The notes beneath the pieces are model-generated. The model was not told where the DNA came from and searched no databases. It saw only the letters and a program-made list of their open reading frames with translations. From Acidimicrobiia bacterium (GTDB lineage Bacteria; Actinomycetota; Acidimicrobiia; Spongiisociales; ZC4RG35), in NCBI GenBank assembly GCA_035463935.1, contig DATHSX010000176.1, positions 1-28,436 of the forward strand: 28,436 bases of DNA. The letters are read 5' to 3'. The position numbers were made by a program, and so were the translations under genes. Position 1 is the stretch's first letter; the number at the start of each line of letters is the position of its first letter. Of the stretch, positions 24,802 through 28,436 are shown in pieces.

Positions 24802-25686
24802 GTGGCGACCATCGCAGCGTCCCGCTCCAGCGGTGACGCCTTCTCGCTCGACCTGGCGGTTGGCGCCTACCAGGTCGTCGTCGCCACTGGATTCGGCCCC
24901 AGGCTCCTCGGCCTGCGGTACCGCAACGGACCGGAGCTCTTCGCACGCCTGTCCGACGACGTCGCCATCGAGCATCCCGACGCGGGCACGTACCGGTTTC
25001 ATGGGGGACACCGGGTCTGGGCGGCGCCGGAGGTGCCCCGAATCACTTACGCCGGTGACGATCATCGGTGTGACGTGAAGACGGCCGGCCCCGGCTTCTC
25101 GGTAAAGGCACCCGCCGATGCGGCGGGACTAGTGAAGGAGATCGAGGTGACTCCCGATGGCGAGAGGCTGCTGGTCGACCACCGTCTGACCAATTCGACC
25201 ACCACGGGGCTGTCGGTGGCAGCATGGGGGATCACTCAGTTTCCGCTCGGGGGGGTGGCGATCCTTCCTCTGGGCGGTTCCCCGGCAGCCAATGCGTATC
25301 AGGCGGACCGCAGTGTGCTGTTGTGGCCCTACACCAACGTCACGGATCCTCGACTGACGTGGACGGAAGGGGCCGCCCTCGTGAAGGCGGTGGCCGGGCC
25401 GCGCTTCAAGATCGGCGTGGGACCTCGGCCCGGCCGCCTCGGATACCACAAAGACGGGTACCTCTTCGCCAAGGAGGTCCCGTCCGCCGACGAGGGCGAA
25501 TACCCGGACCGGGGAGCAGTAGGCCAGGTCTTTGTCGAGGCGTTTTTCTGTGAGCTGGAGAGCGCCGGGGCCATCACGGTCCTGCTTCCCGGCTCATCGG
25601 TGGCGCATCGTGAGGTATGGGAGGTCACGGAGTGCGCGGACCTCAGGGCCGCGTGCCGGCAGCTACTGGGCGGCCCCACAACATGA
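24802..25686 (+). CDS. Hypothetical protein, DUF4380/galactose-mutarotase-like beta-sandwich
   Basis: FGPRL..., GGHRVWAAPE, HRLTN, AAWGIT, ELES.G pattern. Translationally coupled to xylB (ATGA). Confidence 0.7.
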   Translation: MATIAASRSSGDAFSLDLAVGAYQVVVATGFGPRLLGLRYRNGPELFARLSDDVAIEHPDAGTYRFHGGHRVWAAPEVPRITYAGDDHRCDVKTAGPGFSVKAPADAAGLVKEIEVTPDGERLLVDHRLTNSTTTGLSVAAWGITQFPLGGVAILPLGGSPAANAYQADRSVLLWPYTNVTDPRLTWTEGAALVKAVAGPRFKIGVGPRPGRLGYHKDGYLFAKEVPSADEGEYPDRGAVGQVFVEAFFCELESAGAITVLLPGSSVAHREVWEVTECADLRAACRQLLGGPTT

Positions 25687-27170
25687 GCTTTGTGATCGGC
25701 ATCGATGTCTCGACCACGGCCACCAAGGCCATCCTGGTCGATCGCAGCGGAGCGGTGCGGGGAGTGAGCTCGTCCTTTTACAGCTATGAGACTCCTCGGC
25801 CCCTCTGGACCGAACAGCACCCGCAACTCTGGTGGGATGGCGCCATTGCCGCCGTCCGCCAGGTCGTTCGCGAACAGGGCGTCTCCGGATCGGAAGTCGA
25901 GGCCGTGGGCCTCACAGGTCAAATGCATGGCTCCGTCCTCCTCGATGGACGCGGGGAAGTCGTTCGTCCGGCCATCCTCTGGAACGATCAGCGCACCGAA
26001 GACGAGTGCAACGAGATCCGGCGGCGGGTAGGGGCCAGCCGGTTGATCCAGGTCACAGGTAACGATGCCCTCACCGGATTCACAGCACCGAAGCTCCTAT
26101 GGGTGCAAAGGAACGAGCCGGAGAACTGGGCGAGGGTCCGGCATGTCCTGCTCCCCAAGGACTACGTCCGCTACCGGCTCACCGATGATCTCGCCGTGGA
26201 TGTGGCCGATGGGTCGGGAACGATCCTTTTCGACCTTGCCGCCAGAACCTGGTCCCCCGAGATCCTGGAAGCGCTTGACATCGACGCGTCCCTCATGCCC
26301 CCAACGTTCGAGGGTCCCGAGGTCACGGGCACCATCACGCCAGCCGCGGCCGCCGCCACCGGCTTACAGGAGGGGACCCCGGTGATAGCTGGCGGCGGTG
26401 ATCAGTCCGCCAATGCGGTGGGGGTAGGGGCGGTATCCCCCGGGATCATCGCGCTCTCCCTCGGCACCTCAGGTGTGGTCTTTGCCACCACCGCCGGTCC
26501 CTCCATCGAATCGGGGGGACGGGTCCATTCCTTCTGTCATGCCGTGCCCGGGCGCTGGCACATGATGGGTGTCATGCTTTCGGCCGCGGGGAGTCTCCGC
26601 TGGCTGCGCGACGCGCTGGCTCCCGACGCCTCGTACGAAGATCTGGTGGGGCCAGCCGCCGAAATCGGCGCCGGCAGCGACGGTCTCATCTTCCTTCCGT
26701 ACCTGACCGGCGAACGTACTCCGCACCCCGATCCGTTGGCGCGGGCGGCCTTCGTCGGCCTCACGGTGCGCCACGACCTCCGGCATCTCACCAGGGCGGT
26801 GCTGGAGGGCGTGGCCTTCGGACTCAAAGATGGGCTGGATCTGATGATCCAGGCTGGCGTGCCGGCTCCGAGTCAGATCCGGGCCTCCGGGGGTGGAACC
26901 CGGAGCCCGTTGTGGCGGCAGATCCTGGCCGACGTTCTCGACGCCGAGATCGCCACCGTGCCCACCGAGGAAGGCGCGGCCTTTGGCGCGGCCCTGCTGG
27001 CGGCGGTGGGAGCCGGCTGGTTCGCCACCGTTGCCGATGCCTGCGGCGCCTCTGTCACGGTCAGCCCGGCGGCGGCCCCCTCAGGGCTGGGTCCGACCTA
27101 CCGGGAGGCACACAGCCGCTTCGGCGACCTCTACCCGGCGCTCTCCCCCACCTTCCACAGGACCTTCTAG
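25683..27170 (+). CDS. xylB: Xylulokinase (FGGY family)
   Basis: IGIDVSTTATKA, GLTGQMHG, ILWNDQRT, PKLLW, LPKDY, AGGGDQ, SLGTSG, LPYLTGERTP, GGGTRS.LW.QI.AD. Confidence 0.94.
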   Translation: MSFVIGIDVSTTATKAILVDRSGAVRGVSSSFYSYETPRPLWTEQHPQLWWDGAIAAVRQVVREQGVSGSEVEAVGLTGQMHGSVLLDGRGEVVRPAILWNDQRTEDECNEIRRRVGASRLIQVTGNDALTGFTAPKLLWVQRNEPENWARVRHVLLPKDYVRYRLTDDLAVDVADGSGTILFDLAARTWSPEILEALDIDASLMPPTFEGPEVTGTITPAAAAATGLQEGTPVIAGGGDQSANAVGVGAVSPGIIALSLGTSGVVFATTAGPSIESGGRVHSFCHAVPGRWHMMGVMLSAAGSLRWLRDALAPDASYEDLVGPAAEIGAGSDGLIFLPYLTGERTPHPDPLARAAFVGLTVRHDLRHLTRAVLEGVAFGLKDGLDLMIQAGVPAPSQIRASGGGTRSPLWRQILADVLDAEIATVPTEEGAAFGAALLAAVGAGWFATVADACGASVTVSPAAAPSGLGPTYREAHSRFGDLYPALSPTFHRTF

Positions 27171-27874
27171 CCCCAGGACGTCTCGGTTACCGGCCGGAAC
27201 GCTACTTCCAGAATCCGGTGGTTGCGGGGCCGAGTCAGTACGAAGAGAACCACGTCGGCCACGTCCTCGGGCTTCATCATCCCCCCCAACGCGGGCATGT
27301 CCGGCGTCCGGCCCCGACCCATGGCGAAGTCAGTGGCCACTCCGCCGGGACAGACATTCGTGCACCGCACCCCCTGTTCTCGCAACTCGTGATCGAGGGC
27401 CCGGGTCAGACCCACCTGAGCGAACTTCGATGAGCAGTAGACCGCCTCGAAAGGCAAGCCGCGCCGGCCGGCCTCGCTGGCCAGCGTGACGATGTCGGCC
27501 GCCTCGCTGCGGAGGAGATGGGGCAGAGCCGCCCGAATCGCATAAAGGGCGCCCTTCACATTGACGTCGATCATTTCCTCGAGTTGGTCGGGGGGAAGCT
27601 CGAGGAAGGGACCGTACGCCCCCACGCCGGCATTGACGATGAGGATGTCGAGCCCGCCGAACCGTTCTGCGGCCTCGGCCGCTATCCCCTCAAGGGCGGC
27701 CGGATCGCGCACATCGGCCCGTCGGGCAACCGCGCCTTCGATGCCGAGGTCATCGCCGCTTCGCGACGCCAGGGCGAGCCTGGCGCCCTCGCTGGCCAGG
27801 GCCCGGGCCACGGCCGCCCCAATCCCCCGACTGGCTCCGGTGATCAGCGCGACCCGGCCATCAAGCCTGTTCAT
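27167..27874 (-). CDS. Short-chain dehydrogenase/reductase (classical SDR)
   Basis: TGASRGIG, DILIVNAGVG, catalytic S...YCSSK, VCPGGVAT. AAGGAG RBS. 4-bp convergent overlap with xylB. Confidence 0.92.
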   Translation of the reverse strand: MNRLDGRVALITGASRGIGAAVARALASEGARLALASRSGDDLGIEGAVARRADVRDPAALEGIAAEAAERFGGLDILIVNAGVGAYGPFLELPPDQLEEMIDVNVKGALYAIRAALPHLLRSEAADIVTLASEAGRRGLPFEAVYCSSKFAQVGLTRALDHELREQGVRCTNVCPGGVATDFAMGRGRTPDMPALGGMMKPEDVADVVLFVLTRPRNHRILEVAFRPVTETSWG

Positions 27875-27904
27875 TGCTCGCTCCTTCGAATGCAGATAGT
27901 CCAC

Positions 27905-28435
27905 TCAGCCGTGGAGTTCGGCCAACTCCGCAGGCGTCAGCTCCTGGGGCAGCTTGCCGATGATGATCATGGCGAGCACCTCATCCATGGTCACCTCGCT
28001 CTTCTCGACGGTGCCGACCAGACGCCCCTGCAGCATCACGCTGATCCGGTCGGCCAGATCGAAGACGTCGTGGATGTCGTGACTGATGAGGAAGATCCCG
28101 ATCCCTTCCTGCTTCAGCTTCCGCATGAGACCCCTGACCACCTCGGTCTCCGCCGGGCCGAGAGCCGCCGTCGGCTCATCCATGATCAGGATCCGTGCAT
28201 TGAATTGGACGGCCTTGGCGATGGCCACTGACTGCCGTTGCCCTCCGGAGAGAGACTGCACCGGCGCCTTGAAATTCTCGAACCTCGGATTCAACCGTTT
28301 CATGACCTTGCGGGTGGCATCCTCCATCGCCGAATCGTCCAGAGTCCGAAGCGGGGTCATGATTTCCCTCCCTAGGAACACGTTGCCGGGAGCATCGATG
28401 TTGTCAGCCAGCGCCAAGGTCTGATAGATGGTCTC
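27905..28435 (-). CDS. Sugar ABC transporter ATP-binding protein (CUT2/FrcA-like), 5'-truncated by the window edge
   Basis: [13 protein letters not shown]...N.FLGRE, signature LSGGQRQ, Walker [13 protein letters not shown]-loop ISH. The frame stays open to the window end. Confidence 0.9.
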   Translation of the reverse strand, partial: ETIYQTLALADNIDAPGNVFLGREIMTPLRTLDDSAMEDATRKVMKRLNPRFENFKAPVQSLSGGQRQSVAIAKAVQFNARILIMDEPTAALGPAETEVVRGLMRKLKQEGIGIFLISHDIHDVFDLADRISVMLQGRLVGTVEKSEVTMDEVLAMIIIGKLPQELTPAELAELHG

Positions 28436-28436
28436 C

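Overview
GC-rich, gene-dense bacterial window, probably from an actinobacterium. That assignment is an inference from many GTG starts, the gene families, a DosR/DevR-like box and a SigF-type promoter. I found no rRNA, tRNA, CRISPR array or mobile element. Layout: (i) A 14.8 kb minus-strand run (14989->158) that looks like two units. The first is dsrE-like, tusA-like, a PsrB-PsrC(NrfD) fusion, a Tat-less PsrA-like Mo/W-bisPGD enzyme and a 127-aa unknown ORF. The second is tyrosine phenol-lyase, a complete group 3b [NiFe]-hydrogenase (beta, cNMP-domain protein, gamma, delta, alpha), maturation protease, atypical HypC, EamA transporter, DUF6390-type protein and tag glycosylase. (ii) A divergent MBL-rhodanese (persulfide dioxygenase/CstB-like) gene plus two DUF202 genes. 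(iii) A divergent arsR/arsM pair. (iv) Hemerythrin-like and cupin genes. (v) ku-ligD (NHEJ), divergent from DUF72 and DUF167 genes. (vi) xylA-unknown-xylB, converging on a partial sugar ABC ATPase and an SDR. The most interesting signals are a candidate sulfane-sulfur/H2 redox island (sulfur relay, cytoplasm-facing Psr-like complex, sulfhydrogenase, PLP lyase) and a candidate non-canonical hydrogenase accessory module. In that module the DUF6390 protein appears to carry an internal HypC-like domain, while the stand-alone HypC has lost its conserved His. All family names come from motif recognition by eye; no searches were run.
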